Shown: one piece after another, positions 1 through 13,295 of the stretch | Numbering within the stretch: position 1 is the first letter of the stretch | How the letters are laid out: each line of letters starts with the position of its first letter | NCBI GenBank assembly: GCA_951406725.2 | Contig: OX597815.1 | Span: forward strand, 14,012,001-14,076,000 | Direction of reading: 5' to 3' | DNA length: 64,000 bases | Source: Octopus vulgaris | Taxonomy: Eukaryota | Position numbers and translations under genes: made by a program | Notes under the pieces: generated by a model | What the model was told of the DNA's origin: nothing | The model's database searches: none | The model's input: only the letters and a program-made list of their open reading frames with translations

Positions 1-185
1 CGAGCAATCTTCAGCCACATATAGAATTTTTTAATTAAACGCACAATGCACGTTCCTATACTTATTTCATTGTTGCTTATTTTGATTATAATCACCCCAT
101 TTGATTTATATGGATAATACCGTACAAAATTCTGTTGCCTTTAACTTAAGTACCGTATTCATCTGACTACATATATATATATATA

Positions 186-589
186 TACTCTTTTACTCTT
201 TTACTCTTTTACTTGTTTCAGTCATTTGACTGCGGCCATGCTGGAGCACCGCCTTTAGTCGAGCAAATCGACCGCGGGACTTATTCTTTGTAAGCCCAGT
301 ACTTATTCTATCGGTCTCTTTTGCCGAACCGCTAAGTGACGGGGACATAAACACACCAGCATCGGTTGTCAAGCAATGCTAGGGGGACAAACACAGACAC
401 ACAAACACACACATACATATATATATATATACATATATATGACAGGCTTCTTTCAGTTTCCGTCTACCAAATCCACTCACAAGGCATTGGTCGGCCCGGG
501 GCTATAGCAGAAGACACTTGCCCAAGATGCCACGCAGTGGGACTGAACCCGGAACCATGTGGCTGGTTAGCAAGCTACTTACCACACAG
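186..589 (-). mobile_element. tRNA-derived SINE family A, slightly 5'-truncated
   Basis: Minus strand has B-box-like GGTTCAGTCCC, CORE-like TTGGGCAAGTGTC, an internal TG/TA microsatellite and a (GAGTAAAA)n tail; near-identical to other copies in the window. Confidence 0.92.
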
Positions 590-1582
590 ATATAAAGAAT
601 TTTTTTCTTTATATATATATATATAAAGAAAAAACTTGTCGGAGTGAAATATCAGAAATGTCGGAAATGTTTCACATGCGGTTAATTTTAAGTGGAAAAA
701 TAAGTGATGGCATTTGACGGCACTACTCCCACATATATAACAACTAAAATTATATCATAATGTTCAAGTTCTGAGTTCAAATTCTGCAGAGGTCGACTTT
801 GCCTTTAATGCTTTCCGGGTACCAGTCGAACATTGTTGTCGATGTAATAGATTTGCCCCCTCCTTCGAAGTGCCTGACCCTGTTCCAAAGTTTGAAACCA
901 ATGTTAAGTTTCCTCTAGGCAGCGCTACCGCGCCGGATACGAATCAACGATATTTCTTGCGACTTTACTTTCTGAGTTCAAATGACACCAAAGTTCACTT
1001 TTCTTCGCAATTCACTTACTCCTCCCTTGGAATTGCCGAATTTATGCCAGAAATTAAAACCAATATTAAAATTCTTGACACACCTTGAAGCACTTCATAG
1101 TAAAAAAATTCATTAGAGAATATCAGCACCTGAGCCACTGACACACCTTTTCTTTATTTCTGTCATCAAAACTACAATGACGCATGTGCTCTGATATGCC
1201 TATTTGGACAGCGCATTCGCCAAGGCACTCCTATTGTACCAATTTTCCTCTTGGTTTCCCTCCTACTATGTCTAACTTCCGACAGCTGGCAATAGTCAGT
1301 TAAAGTAATATTTGCAGGCGTTGTTCACATAAACTACTTCCAAGCGTGACATCAACTTCGGCAGTGACAACTTGCAAGGCTATGATGATAAAATTAGGTT
1401 CGCCACAAAGCTATAAAATACTTGGTTTCACATCTCCACATGCAAACGCACGCACGAACACACACACAAGCGCACACACACACACAAACACACATACGCA
1501 AATATTTACATTAACATAAACCAACACAGTCTCGCTCAACGCCTACCAATCAATAAAGACACACACAGCCATATTTGTGTAT

Positions 1583-1694
1583 ATTATTATTATCATTCTT
1601 CTTCTTCTTCTTCTTCTTATTATTATTATTATCATTATTATCATTATTATTATTATCATTATTATTATCATTATTATTTATTATTATTATTATC

Positions 1695-1729
<35 letters not shown>

Positions 1730-1776
1730 CATTATTATTATTATTATCTTTATTATTATTTATTATTATTATTATC

Positions 1777-1850
<74 letters not shown>

Positions 1851-1853
1851 TAC
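1583..1853. repeat. (ATT)n microsatellite
   Basis: Seen directly. Confidence 0.98.
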
Positions 1854-1859
1854 TGAGAG

Positions 1860-2085
1860 CAGATCTTAAGGCAGCAGACCGGTATAATCGTCAGACCGCA
1901 GGGCAAAAAAACAGTGGCATTTCGTCCGTTTTTATATTTTAAGTTCAAATTCCGCTGCGGTCGACTTTGCCTTTCATCCTTTCTTTGTCGATAAAATGCT
2001 TACCAGTTCGGCGCTGGGTCGATTTCATCTACTTACCCACTCTTATGAGGTATCTGGCCTTGTGTCAAAATTTCGAACCTTCGTT
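1860..2085 (+). mobile_element. SINE family B, degenerate copy
   Basis: AGTTCAAATTCCG..GGTCGACTTTGCCTTTCATCCTTTC shared with the 8052 and 33783 copies; weaker copies at ~770-905 and ~970-1070. Confidence 0.75.
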
Positions 2086-2164
2086 ATTTCTGGTAGGATT
2101 AATGTGAGTATTGGGTCATTACCTCTAACCTTAGGTATCTACAAGTTTTCAGTAGTCTTTCAAG

Positions 2165-3848
2165 TGCTTAGAACCCCTCTGGTAATCCTTGCTCTCCCTA
2201 AGAGACACGCTTTCTGTGGGAGCTCTACAAGGCATTCTATTCAAATCTCTTTCAGCCATTTCCCTCTATCATTGCAGACTGTTCCTAACGCACCAACTGT
2301 TATAGGCACGACCTTGACACTCTCGTACTCCAAACTTTTCCTATTCCAAATGTTTCGGGTTTTCATGCGCTTAGTTTTACTGCGCTTGTTTCTAGTATGT
2401 CTAATTCCGGAATTGGTTGTATTCGGAATTCACTTCGACATTCCTTTGCCTCTTTTGTTACTGAGTATGATGCTTTCGTTTTTCACATTTTGAGACGTTT
2501 TAAGATCCAGTCCTCAGATTTCTTTCTGGGCCAATTGTGGCAATCTTCATCCCTATTTTCTTGGCAGGTAAAGTCGTTCTATATCTGCCTTAGGTTGGTG
2601 CATTCTGTGCATTGTCAACAGTTTTCGTATTTTTCTGTCAAGATTACATATTTCAGTAACTGACCGGTTAATGATATTGAATCTGTAAGTCATAACTGAT
2701 ATCGCTAAAAGAATTGATCGCTTCAATCTTATTTCTTGCATTCAGCTCTGTCTTAAATATTGCTCTCACCCTGCGATAACATTCTCTTCTGATCCTTTAC
2801 CTCATCACCGGATGCCTGATCTGTCCCATTCCAGTGCCCCTAGGTATTTTTAGCTCTTCTCTGGTTCTAACTCTTTTATGACATTCTGCTGGTCAACGTT
2901 AACGTTAGATATTTCCTTTGATAAATGTAGCTTTTGCACATTTATCGAGGCCAAATTGCATACTGATGTCATCACTGAATTTTTTAACAATCGGTCGTAT
3001 GCCCATAGGTTGTTGGACATATTTTTGCAAAGAGCTTTAAATCATCAATATAAATGAGATGATTTATATTTTTATCAAACACTTTATAGCCGTACCGTGC
3101 ATCAATGAGCAATTTTGAGAGATATTAAGGCTAGACAAAAGAAGAGTGTTGATAGGGAGTCACCCTGGAAAATGTCACATGAAATTCTTACATCACCAGT
3201 ATTTAGGGATTCATTGTAACTGTTCGAAATCAGTGTGGTTCTCCATTATCGCATACTTACAGACAAGAGTTTCGCAGATAGGTGCTATTTTATACATTTC
3301 CAGACATTACTTAATTCAGTTATTTGGTAGGCAATCAGCAGTTTTGTATAATGTATCCATACTATTAAGTTTTGTGTCGTTTGTAACCATCTTCTATGAT
3401 CATCTTAATGATGAGTAGCTGATATTTACAGCCGTATGATGTAAGTCTACATTCTTTTTGCTCGTTAAGAATGAGTTGCTTTCATTTAAGAGACTGTAGG
3501 TATATTCAGTCAGGACAGATGTTAGCGTTTTATACATTGTTGTTAAGCAGGTTATAGGTCGATAAATTTTTGGTTCATTTGTTTCTTCGTTTTATGGAAG
3601 TAGAAAGGTTAAATAATTAACTAACCAAGAGGGCTTCATACTAGAATGTTGCAAAACATCGTTGTAAAGTTTTGTTAGCAGTTCATGACTCTCTGGGAAG
3701 GCATTCAAAGAGAAGTTAGGAATTTTATCTTTTCCTAGAGACTTCCATTTGCTTGACCTCCTGAGAGCAGATCTTATATCTTCTACCTTGACACCCTCCC
3801 ACTTTTGCTCCTCTGTGGGTTTTTTCTTCTGCCTAAAATGTATTCCAA
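2165..3848 (-). mobile_element. Decayed R4/Dong-like RLE non-LTR retrotransposon (RT, thumb and C-terminus, internally deleted)
   Basis: Minus-strand peptides YRPITCLTTMYKTLTSVL, YIDDLKLFAK, LDRKIRKLLTMHRMHQPKADIERLYLPRK and VVPITVGALG..QKACLLGRARI; stops and frameshifts; abuts (ATT)n at 3850. Confidence 0.88.
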
Positions 3849-3894
<46 letters not shown>

Positions 3895-3920
3895 GTTGTT
3901 GTTGTTGTTTTTGTTATTAT

Positions 3921-4108
3921 TATATCAAGAGCTATTACTATAAGTAATGCCACCCGCTGAAAGGGGACACTAAAATCAAACTACTTCAAAAAATTTATCC
4001 TCTGTTCCTTCCCTTGAATTCGGTGCGTGTGTATATATGATGCAGTAGTTTGATTTTAGAGGCCCCTTACAGATTGTGGCTTTACTAATAGGAATAGCTC
4101 TTGATATA
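3921..4108. mobile_element. MITE with ~65-bp imperfect terminal inverted repeats
   Basis: TATATCAAGAGCTATT..CTAAAATCAAACTACT is the reverse complement of AGTAGTTTGATTTTAG..AATAGCTCTTGATATA; TA at both ends. Confidence 0.8.
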
Positions 4109-4219
4109 CCAATAAATGTTATAAATAGGGGAAAAATTTATGTACTTTGTATTAATTTCTTCCTTAACTGGTTTTGCAAGCTGGTTACTTGATAAAATCT
4201 TATAGAGATTTTATCCTTA

Positions 4220-4550
4220 TATGTGTCTGTGTGCGTGTGTATGTATGTATGCATGTATGTATTATGTATGTATTATGTATGTATGTATGTATATATGTAT
4301 GTATCTATATATGTATGTATGTATCATGTATGTATGTATGTATGTATGTATTATGTATTATGCATGTACGTATTATGTATGTATTATGTATGTATGTATG
4401 TATGTATGTATATATGTATGTATCTATCTATGTATGTATCATGTATGTATGTATGTGTGTATGTATGTATGTATGTATCATGTATTTATGTATGTATGTA
4501 TGTGTGTATGTATGTATGCATGTATGTATGCATGTATGTATGTATGTATG

Positions 4551-4585
<35 letters not shown>

Positions 4586-4656
4586 CATGTATTTATGTAT
4601 GTATGTATGTGTGTATGTATGTGTGTATGTATGTATGTATGTATGTATGTATGTAT
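4220..4656. repeat. (TATG)n microsatellite
   Basis: Seen directly. Confidence 0.97.
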
Positions 4657-5163
4657 AGGCAAATGGGAAGTGAAAAACAGGAAAAATCAGCAAAAGTCAA
4701 TGAATGAGACGTCCCTAATGATTCGATTGACGTTCCGTAAATATTTCAGATGAAAAATAGCAGTAGAAACGACGTTTTGTGCATGGCTAATCGTTGGAAG
4801 ATTGGGAAATGAAGGATGGAGAACGTACTCCATGAAAAGGGCGTATGTTGTTATATGACCGAAAAACAGCTGACCGGAATTGGGAGAGATAGAGAACGTG
4901 GTTTTTGACGGTGGGAGGTTGCAGAAATGACAATAACTGTGTGAGTATTTGAGTGGATGTGAGTGGGGGGTTTACTTGTGTGTGTATGTGTGTGTGCTTG
5001 TGTTTGTGAGGTTCTGTTTGTTGTATGTGTGTACCGTTATCTATATATATTCCGAATTTGTGAAAATGTGTGTAGAATAATATAACGCTTGAATACAGTT
5101 AAAACATGGCTTCGTTTCGACGTTTTTTATTATTGCATTTAAAACATTTACAATGTTGAGGTG

Positions 5164-5398
5164 TACTCTTTTACTCTTTTACTCTTTTACTTGTTTCAGT
5201 CATTTGACTGCGGCCATGCTAGAGCACCGCCTTTAATCGAGCAAATCGACCCCGGGACTTATTCTTTTTGTAAGCCCAGTATTTATTCTATCGGTCTCTT
5301 TTGCCGAACCGCTAAGTAGCGGGGACATAAACACACCAGCATCGGTTGTCAAGCGATGTTGGGAGGACAAACACAGACACACAAACACATACACACAC

Positions 5399-5447
<49 letters not shown>

Positions 5448-5608
5448 TACGACAGGCTTCTTTCAGTTTCCGTCTACCAAATCCACTCACAAGGCTTTGG
5501 TCGGCTCGAGGCTATAGTAGAAGACACTTGCCCAAGGTGCCACGCAGTGGGACTGAACCCGGAACCATGTGGTTGGTAAACAAGCTACTTACCACACAGC
5601 CACTCCTG
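5164..5608 (-). mobile_element. SINE family A flanked by 137-bp direct repeats
   Basis: A box TGGCTGTGTGG, B box and tail present; flanks 5028-5164 and 5607-5743 are duplicated. Confidence 0.93.
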
Positions 5609-6104
5609 TGTACCGTTATATATATATATTCCGAATTTGTGAAAATGTGTGTAGAATAATATATCGCTTGAATAAAATTAAAACATGGCTTCGTTTCGAC
5701 GTTTTTTATTATTGCATTTAAAAAATTTACAATGTTGAGGTGTGATAAACATTAAAATATATTCTGTAATGTTCATAATGTTCAATTAGTGTTGTCATAT
5801 GTTCGTAGTAATTATCAGATTTCCAAACGTATTTAACCGACAGTTGAGTTTTTGACAACTGTAGTAAAATGACTGACTCCCTCCGTTATATACCTTTTAG
5901 AAGGCTCCAGCGAACTGAATTTTTCTAATACGATTCTGACCAATCCGCATGCAGCTTATAAGTGACGGTTTGCCGGGCGCATTACCGGCATAGATCCCCA
6001 CCTTTATTTTAATCAATCAGCTGGCGGTTTACATGCAGGGGTTTTATGAATGAGCAAACTTAGTTTTGAACCTTTTTATTTCAATTGATAGAAATCTTCT
6101 GTAA

Positions 6105-6473
6105 TCTCTCTATATATAAACGGCAGTTTGTCTGTGTGTGTTTCTGTGTGTCTGTTTGCTTGTACCCTCACCCTGACCACGGCTTTCAACCGATTCTGAT
6201 GAAACTTGACACACACATAGCCCAATGTCATAATTCAAAACTAACGCAGCGAAAATTTTGAAAAGTTCCCCCAGTTCTGAAAAAAATCAATAAAATCGAC
6301 ATGGGGTCGAGAATCAGAAACAAACCACAGACTGTCTAGGGGACGCAACTCAACCTTTTTTAACTCAAAAAAATTTACCATAAGTTTTTTGCTATTTTTT
6401 GGCTATAACTCTCTAAAAATGCTTTATAGTTATTTCCCTTACAAACCTGAGCAACGCCGGGCGATACTGCTAG
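6105..6473 (+). mobile_element. Non-autonomous Helitron
   Basis: 5' TC(TCTCTATATATAAA), GC-rich subterminal CCTGAGCAACGCCGGG, 3' CTAG, inserted between A and T with no TSD; second copy at 9199-9572. Confidence 0.85.
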
Positions 6474-6529
6474 TTTGTTTATATTCCTGTGTTAAATTTT
6501 TTTTTTTTTTAAATCTACATCATTGACTG

Positions 6530-9186
6530 TTTGTTATATTATTGTTGTTATTTCCGTTCAGAACAATTTTCTACATTTTAATAAAGCGTGGTATTTTTCT
6601 CTTTCTTCCAGCCTCATGTGTGTCGTGTAGTTTCTGGAAAGGAAAAATTAGAAATATATAGAAACATCTGTTTCTATATTGTCGCTCAATGTAACTTGGC
6701 AAACATTAAGTGTTCCGGATTTGTTGCCTGTGGACTCGTGAGCGTTCCGATAATGCATTCTTTGTCTCACCCATGTATAGTTCTTCGCAATTGGGGTATT
6801 TAATGCAGTAGGTCAAATTTCTGTTTTTGTAGTTCATATCTGCATTTCCGAAAATCTGTCCATTTGTATTCTAATGGTTCTGCCAGTATGCCTGTATTGT
6901 CACTTCCAAATCTGTTATCATTACGCTAGAAGACTGTAAATGTGTTATCCGGTTTGTTCATGTTGAATTTTGCCTTTGTTAATAGTTTCTTTAGGTTATT
7001 TGGTTGCCTTTTGTTTAAGATAACTGTTTGATTAGTTATGCCTTCGTTTTTTTAATTTTTCCTTTTGTTTCATGATTGGCAAATTTGATTTTATGATGTT
7101 AAAAATATTTTTCAATATAGGTTTTGTTCCAATATCCCAATACTGAGTTAGCGAAAACTGGAGAAAATTGCATCCCCATTGCATCCCCGATTGTGTGTTA
7201 CTAGTAATGGCATTGTGTTCCGTTGATGGGATAGTCTTTCTCATGTTGCTCTAAGTTTTTTCCATTGGTTTCTCTTTTCCTCGTTGTATACTATTTTCTA
7301 TAAGTAAGAAGGAGTATTTTTACTCTAACAGGAAATATACTTAGGAATTAAGAGAGGAAGACTGATAAATGTTATTACGAAACAAGAAGAAAAACTTTTC
7401 TCTGTACATAAGTGATAAAATACGTTCCATAAGTCGTATGTTACTGGTATTTGGATCATCTACTATAATACAGACTTTTCTGGATAGACACTACGCAATG
7501 TTGCGTTTTGTGTGTAGAGTGGCATTATTTGAAATATAGGTACTGGTGTATATGTGTTTTTGTAATGAATATCAGTTTTAAGTGTGGTGTTGTTTTTAAT
7601 CAAGAAATGGTAATTTTGTGTTGCTCATTTTTCTTGTGAATTTGAAACTAGGGTGTAGATTGTTGAGGATGGTGCTGAATTCTTCCGAATTTTCCAGCGA
7701 TTTGGACCAAATTAGGAAACAATTATCGAATATCTTTTCCATGTGTTCTGTAGATGTCTTTTAAAGGTCATTTTCTAAATATAGGTTTTGCTCTAATATC
7801 CCAATACTGAGATCGCGAAAACGTGAGCAAATAGGCTTCCTATAGCTGAGCCCCGAAATTGGAGGTAATTTTTTTTCCGTTGAAAAGGAATGTATTGTCT
7901 TCGAGGATGAGGCAGTTACAGTAAATCTATTAAGGACCACATCTCTTTGTTTCGCGACCAAATATTTTATGGAAATATTACCCAAATCATGTAGGATGTT
8001 AGTATATAAGTTTGTTACATCAAAACTAACAGTGAATTAGATTCTGTTTTGAGCTGGCAGAATCGTTAGCACGCCGGGCGAAATGCTTAGCGGTATTTTG
8101 TCTGCCGTTACATTCTGAGTTCAAATTCCGCCGAGGTCGACTTTGCCTTTCAGCCTTTCAGGGTCGATTAAATACGTACTAGTTACGTACTGGAGTCGAT
8201 ATAATCGACTTAATCCGTTTGTCTGTCCTTGTTTGTCCCCATCTATGTTTAGCTCCTTGTGGGCAATAAAGAAATAATATTCTGTTGTTGAGGGAAAATG
8301 TGACAGGAAAATGATGTCATCCCGAATGAAACTGGGTATGTGACTACATAGTGGTTTTAGGATAATGTAAATGAAGTTGCACAGACCATAATGGGACTTA
8401 GTATAAGGTCTTTTGGTTGTAGTAGATTTATTTATTCACTAAGTTGTTCCTTTATAGCGTTTTGTATTTCTTTTGATTTATGTATTTTAGGTATGCCATA
8501 GAGGTTGCTGGATTTCGATTCAAAATTGGTAATATACTTCCTTTCATAAGGAGTGAGGGAGTTATAATGTTTTAACACTAAATAATTGAGTGTCTTCATG
8601 ATGCGGTGGGCCAAATTGGAGGGTATTTTACGGTAGAATGTTATATCCTTCAAATGCTCTTCAGCATATCCCGGCAATATTCCGCATCCATTTGACCACT
8701 TGTTTGATGAAAAATTTTGTTGTCATTTTCAAGACGTATAAGGGCAGAATTTTCTAGTTTTGAAATGTTTGGTTTGATGTTGATGTTCTGCCTCAGTGGA
8801 ATTCTGGAGAGGATATCAATGAACTGATCTTAATTTCGTACTTTTGGAGGGTTAAATTTTGATTTATTCTTCGCCAAGGATTTGTCATTCTCATTACTTT
8901 TGTCAGTAAAAAAATTCCTTCAATTCCTGATGATTGAATGTGTTGGTGTCAATTTTAGTCCTATCATCAATAATCAATGTTCATCACAGCGTATGTTTCT
9001 TTTTGTCTATATTTCTTCTGAAATCTGATTATTACTACGAAGGTATGAAAGCGCTAATTGAACTTTATGAACATTACAAAATATGTTTTAATGTTTAACA
9101 CACTTCAACATTGTAAAAAACGGTTTTTAAAATACAATAATAAAATCGTGAAAACAAGACCATGTTTTAACTTCATTCAACTGATA
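6530..9186 (-). mobile_element. Decayed Penelope-like element (RT plus GIY-YIG endonuclease)
   Basis: Minus-strand motifs LYGIPKIHK (~8480), VSFDVTNLYTNI (~8010), ILNNLHPSFKFT (~7650), NLTYCIKYPNCEELYMGET and ALSERSRVHRQQIRN (~6710-6820); many frameshifts; nested inserts. Confidence 0.9.
8052..8277 (+). mobile_element. SINE family B nested in the Penelope-like element
   Basis: tRNA-like head (GAGTTCAAATTCC), central GTCGACTTTGCCTTTC..GGGTCGAT, tail TTGTGGGCAATAAAGAAATA. Confidence 0.9.
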
Positions 9187-9198
9187 TATATATATATA

Positions 9199-9572
9199 CT
9201 AGCAGTATCGCCCGGCGTTGCTCAGGTTTGTAAGGGAAATAACTATAAAGCATTTTTAGAGAGTTATAGCCAAAAAATGGAAAAAAATATGGTAAATTTT
9301 TTTTTGAGAGTTAAAAAAGGATGGAGTTGCGTCCCCTAGACAGTCTGTGGTTTGTTTTTTTTGATTCTCGACCCCATGTCGAATTTATCGATTTTTTTCA
9401 GAACTGGGGGAACTTTTCAAAATTTTGGCTGCGTTAGTTTTGAATTATGACATTGGGCTATGTGTGTGTCAAGTTTCATCAGAATCGGTTGAAAGCCGGG
9501 GTCAGAGTGAGGGTACGAGAAAACAGACACACAGAAAACGCACAGACAAACTGCCGTTTATATAGAGAGAGA
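9199..9572 (-). mobile_element. Non-autonomous Helitron, second copy
   Basis: Reverse complement of 6105-6473 with TC and CTAG termini, inserted at an AT site. Confidence 0.85.
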
Positions 9573-9582
9573 TATCAGGATT

Positions 9583-9753
9583 GGCGCAAGATTGGCTGTG
9601 TGGTAAGTAGCTTGCTAACCAACCACATGGTTCCGGGTTCAGTCCCACTGCGTGGCATCTTGGGCAAGTGTCTTCTGCTATAGCCCCGGGCCGACCAATG
9701 CCTTGTGAGTGGATTTGGTAGACGGAAACTGAAAGAAGTCTGTCGTATATATG

Positions 9754-9784
<31 letters not shown>

Positions 9785-10008
9785 TTGTTTGTGTGTCTGT
9801 GCTTGTCCCCCTGGCATTGCTTGACAACCGATGCTGGTGTGTTTATGTCCCCGTCACTTAGCGGTTCGGCAAAAGAGACCGATAGAATAAGTACTGGGCT
9901 TACAAAAAGAATAAGTCCCGGGATCGAGTTGCTCGATTAAAGGCGGTGCTGCAGCATGGCCGCAGTCAAATGACTGAAACAAGTAAAAGAGTAAAAGAAT
10001 AAAAAAGA

Positions 10009-10009
<1 letters not shown>
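9583..10009 (+). mobile_element. SINE family A, full length
   Basis: GGCGCAAGATTGGCTGTGTGG head, B box, GAGTAAAA tail. Confidence 0.93.
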
Positions 10010-10044
<35 letters not shown>

Positions 10045-10890
10045 TACATAAAATGCCCTTCCTCCTTCCTTATAATGTATGAGCTTAATACTGTGGTACA
10101 GTTACCCTGTAATTAAATACATTCATCGGAATAAATTTAGTGTTACTTTCTTGTAATTTTACTAGGGAACACACGGTTGTGAAGTGAATTTGTTATGTAC
10201 AGACCTGTCACTACCCATGTATGATGAATTCCATATCTGTTGACAATGTCTCCATTCGGGAAATGTTTCATAAAATTCATAAATATTTTAAAACTTATTC
10301 ATCGGTAGGAATTTGATTAGTAGTGAATGCAACAAGATCCATTCTTCAAATTAGAGATACAATCCATTAAACAGGATGCCACACACCTTTCATCTATATT
10401 ATCTTATTTGCTATACTTGAGTGGAAGCGAAGCTATGGTAAGTAATACGATCCATTTATATGTTCCTGTGTTGTGGAAACGAAACCAAGTAATATTCAAA
10501 GCTCATCAAACATAACGCATCGGTTTGGTTAACACTTTCCAGATTACATATGAAATGGATTGAATGGTATTATACACGGTGTACTCATCCAAAACTGCAA
10601 TAAATTGAAATTATCACTTTAATGGCGATTACAATCATTATTTACTAAATATTTCCTGGAAACATGGTAGATGAAATAATTTGACATTAAACTTTACTGA
10701 ATTTATGTAACAATACAATATAAAGGTAGACGCGTCCGATCTTTAACCATGCGTTGCTGACTAGAGACATGTTTCAGAATTACTTGGGCGTCATCAGATG
10801 GAAGCGATCTAACCATTCCTATGAGACTAAGACTAGCAAAATTGCTATATATAATGAAAGTTTCATTAATTAAAATAATCCATAATGATA

Positions 10891-11165
10891 GGCGCAGCCG
10901 TGGCTGTGTGATAAGAAGCTTGCTTCACAACCACATTGTTTTGGGTTCATTCCCACTGCGTGGCACCTTAGACAAGTGTCTTTTACTATAGTCGCAGGCC
11001 GACCAAAGCCTGTGAGTGGATTTGCTAGACGGAAACTGAAAGAAGCTGGGCGTATATATAAGCTTACAAGGAATAATTCATGTGATCGGTTTCTTCAACT
11101 ATAACACTTTAAGGCATTACTCCAGCATGGCAGCAGTCAAATCACTGAGACAAGAGAATAAAAAA
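10891..11165 (+). mobile_element. SINE family A, older or internally deleted variant
   Basis: Head and tail are homologous to family A, middle is missing. Confidence 0.8.
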
Positions 11166-11829
11166 ATAATTAGGAAAATATATATTTAGGCTGCTCGCTT
11201 TCAATTTTCGTAATTTCTCCCTGATCATTCTAAAATCTGGCAATATCAGTTAAATTCTTTGCTAAAAAACCTAATTTAACCGCAGCATGTTAGTGTTTAT
11301 CTGTACTGTACTGCGCAAGGGGAATACACTAATACACATTACCTGAAATGCGTTTTAATAAATTAAATTTTGTTTCCTCTTGTCTTATGACACAAATACT
11401 CATCTTAATCTAATGTATCTTTTATATTAAGTTTTGTACAGAAGACGTCTATGATTATTTTTCTAAATCATTCTCATAATTTCTGCATCAAAGATCGTAA
11501 AGTAAAAGAAGAAAAAACGTAGAGACAAAGACGAGTGAGGAAGGAAGAAAGAGAGAGATGGGGATGGACAGTGTGAATATACCGAGTGAGATTTAAAATG
11601 GGTGTAGATACCACGTCTGTTTAAGAAGCGAAAGGTCATACATTTGGTCATTTTGTAAAATAAAGACATTGGATTCCATCCTGCCGACACTGAAAACATT
11701 AAAGCTATCAGGAGGGGGGGGGAAACAATTCCTACCACGAATATTATCACTGACCGTTTCATGTTTGTATTCATTGTTTATAAAATAATAATTATATGGT
11801 GGAAGAATATCTGTATACTTCAATGTATA

Positions 11830-11938
11830 AGTATTTGTGTGTGCACAACAGTTATATGTGTTCACGTTTGTATGTTTGTGTTTAGTTACTTGTACCTATG
11901 CGTGCATGTGTGGATATGTATATGGGTCTGTGTTTGCA

Positions 11939-11970
<32 letters not shown>

Positions 11971-12112
11971 CAAAATTCTATGTGTATATCTGTGAGAGAG
12001 AGAGCAAGAGATATGTGTGTATGTGGTTGTTTATAAGTATATGTGTGTATGTATGCTAAGTGTATGGATGTGCGTATTAATGCAGGTGAATGTATGAGCT
12101 TTTAAGTGAATG

Positions 12113-12144
<32 letters not shown>

Positions 12145-13111
12145 CATGTAAAGATATATATACATATATACATATATATATATATACATATATACATATA
12201 TATATATATACATATATATATACATATATATATATACATATATATATATGAAAGAAGCTCATCGTATATATATATATATATATGTGTGTGTTGGTGTGTG
12301 TGTGTGTGTGTGTGTGTGCTTATGGATGTAGGACTTTGTGTATCCGCCTTGATTTAAGTGCAGTTAGAAGAATTTCAGGCTGCATGTGCGTTGTTAATGT
12401 GTGAGCGAGTCTTAATGAAAAAACATATATCACTATTCATGTGTGTATGTAGGCGTGAAGCAGCTCTGCAGTGCATATGTGCTTGTCAGCGTGGTTATCT
12501 GTTTTTTTTTTGTGTGCACATATTCGAGTTTGGGTTCATAAATATATACTGATATATAATGTATTTTTCTCTCTCTCACACTTTCTTTCTCTCTCTCTCT
12601 CCCTTTCTTCCTCTCTCTCCCTTTCTCTCTCTCCCTTTCTTCCTCTCTCTCTCTCTCTTTCTTTCTTGATCTTTCACCTCATACACATATATTTGTATCA
12701 CATGTTTATGTAAGTATGCATGAATGTATGTATGAATGTTATTGGATATTATATGCTGACGTGTCTGTCTCATTGTGCGTGTATATATTGTTTATTCGTG
12801 CACAAATATTTTTGTGCTTATATGTGTGTGCATATATATTACCCTTAACGTGTATGCATTCGTATGATTTTGCACATCAGAAAGCACGTTTCACACATGA
12901 AATATTTTTCATGAAATTAGACTAATGAAACAACGGAACTCCGAAATCTTATATTAATTAATTAATTAATTAATTATGATATATATACAGCATATACACT
13001 TATTAAAAGGTAAAATGTACTTCTAGTTCGTCCAACATGTGACGGCAACGTATTCAATTACACACACACACACACACACACACATACACACACACACACA
13101 CACACATGTAC

Positions 13112-13147
<36 letters not shown>

Positions 13148-13295
13148 CTTATGGACATGTGGAAAGGAAATTTTCTCTATATATGTATGGAGATGCACAC
13201 ATCCTCTGACACACGAAGGAAAGTATACATACACATACATGCACACACGCTTATACATACATAAATACACACATATGTGTATGTGCGTGTGTGTT
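11830..13295. repeat. Compound microsatellite block (TG, TA, CT, CA, TAAT)
   Basis: Seen directly. Confidence 0.9.

Noticed and set aside
1-20. Minus-strand CTGAAGA at the window edge
   Set aside because: The rest of any motif lies outside the window.
366-626. Recurrent ORFs such as RQASFSFRLPNPLTR
   Set aside because: They are translations of SINE family A, not genes.
1550-1942. Poly-I/L/Y, MYVC, IYIY and LSIY ORFs here and throughout the window
   Set aside because: They are read-throughs of stop-free microsatellites.
5960-6000. GCCGG/CCGGC hairpin followed by AAACCGTC (minus strand) near the PLE end
   Set aside because: Possibly a dead HHR, but the CTGAnGA core is absent.
11463-11774. 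103-aa hydrophobic ORF
   Set aside because: No recognisable domain; the hydrophobicity comes from the purine-rich opposite strand.
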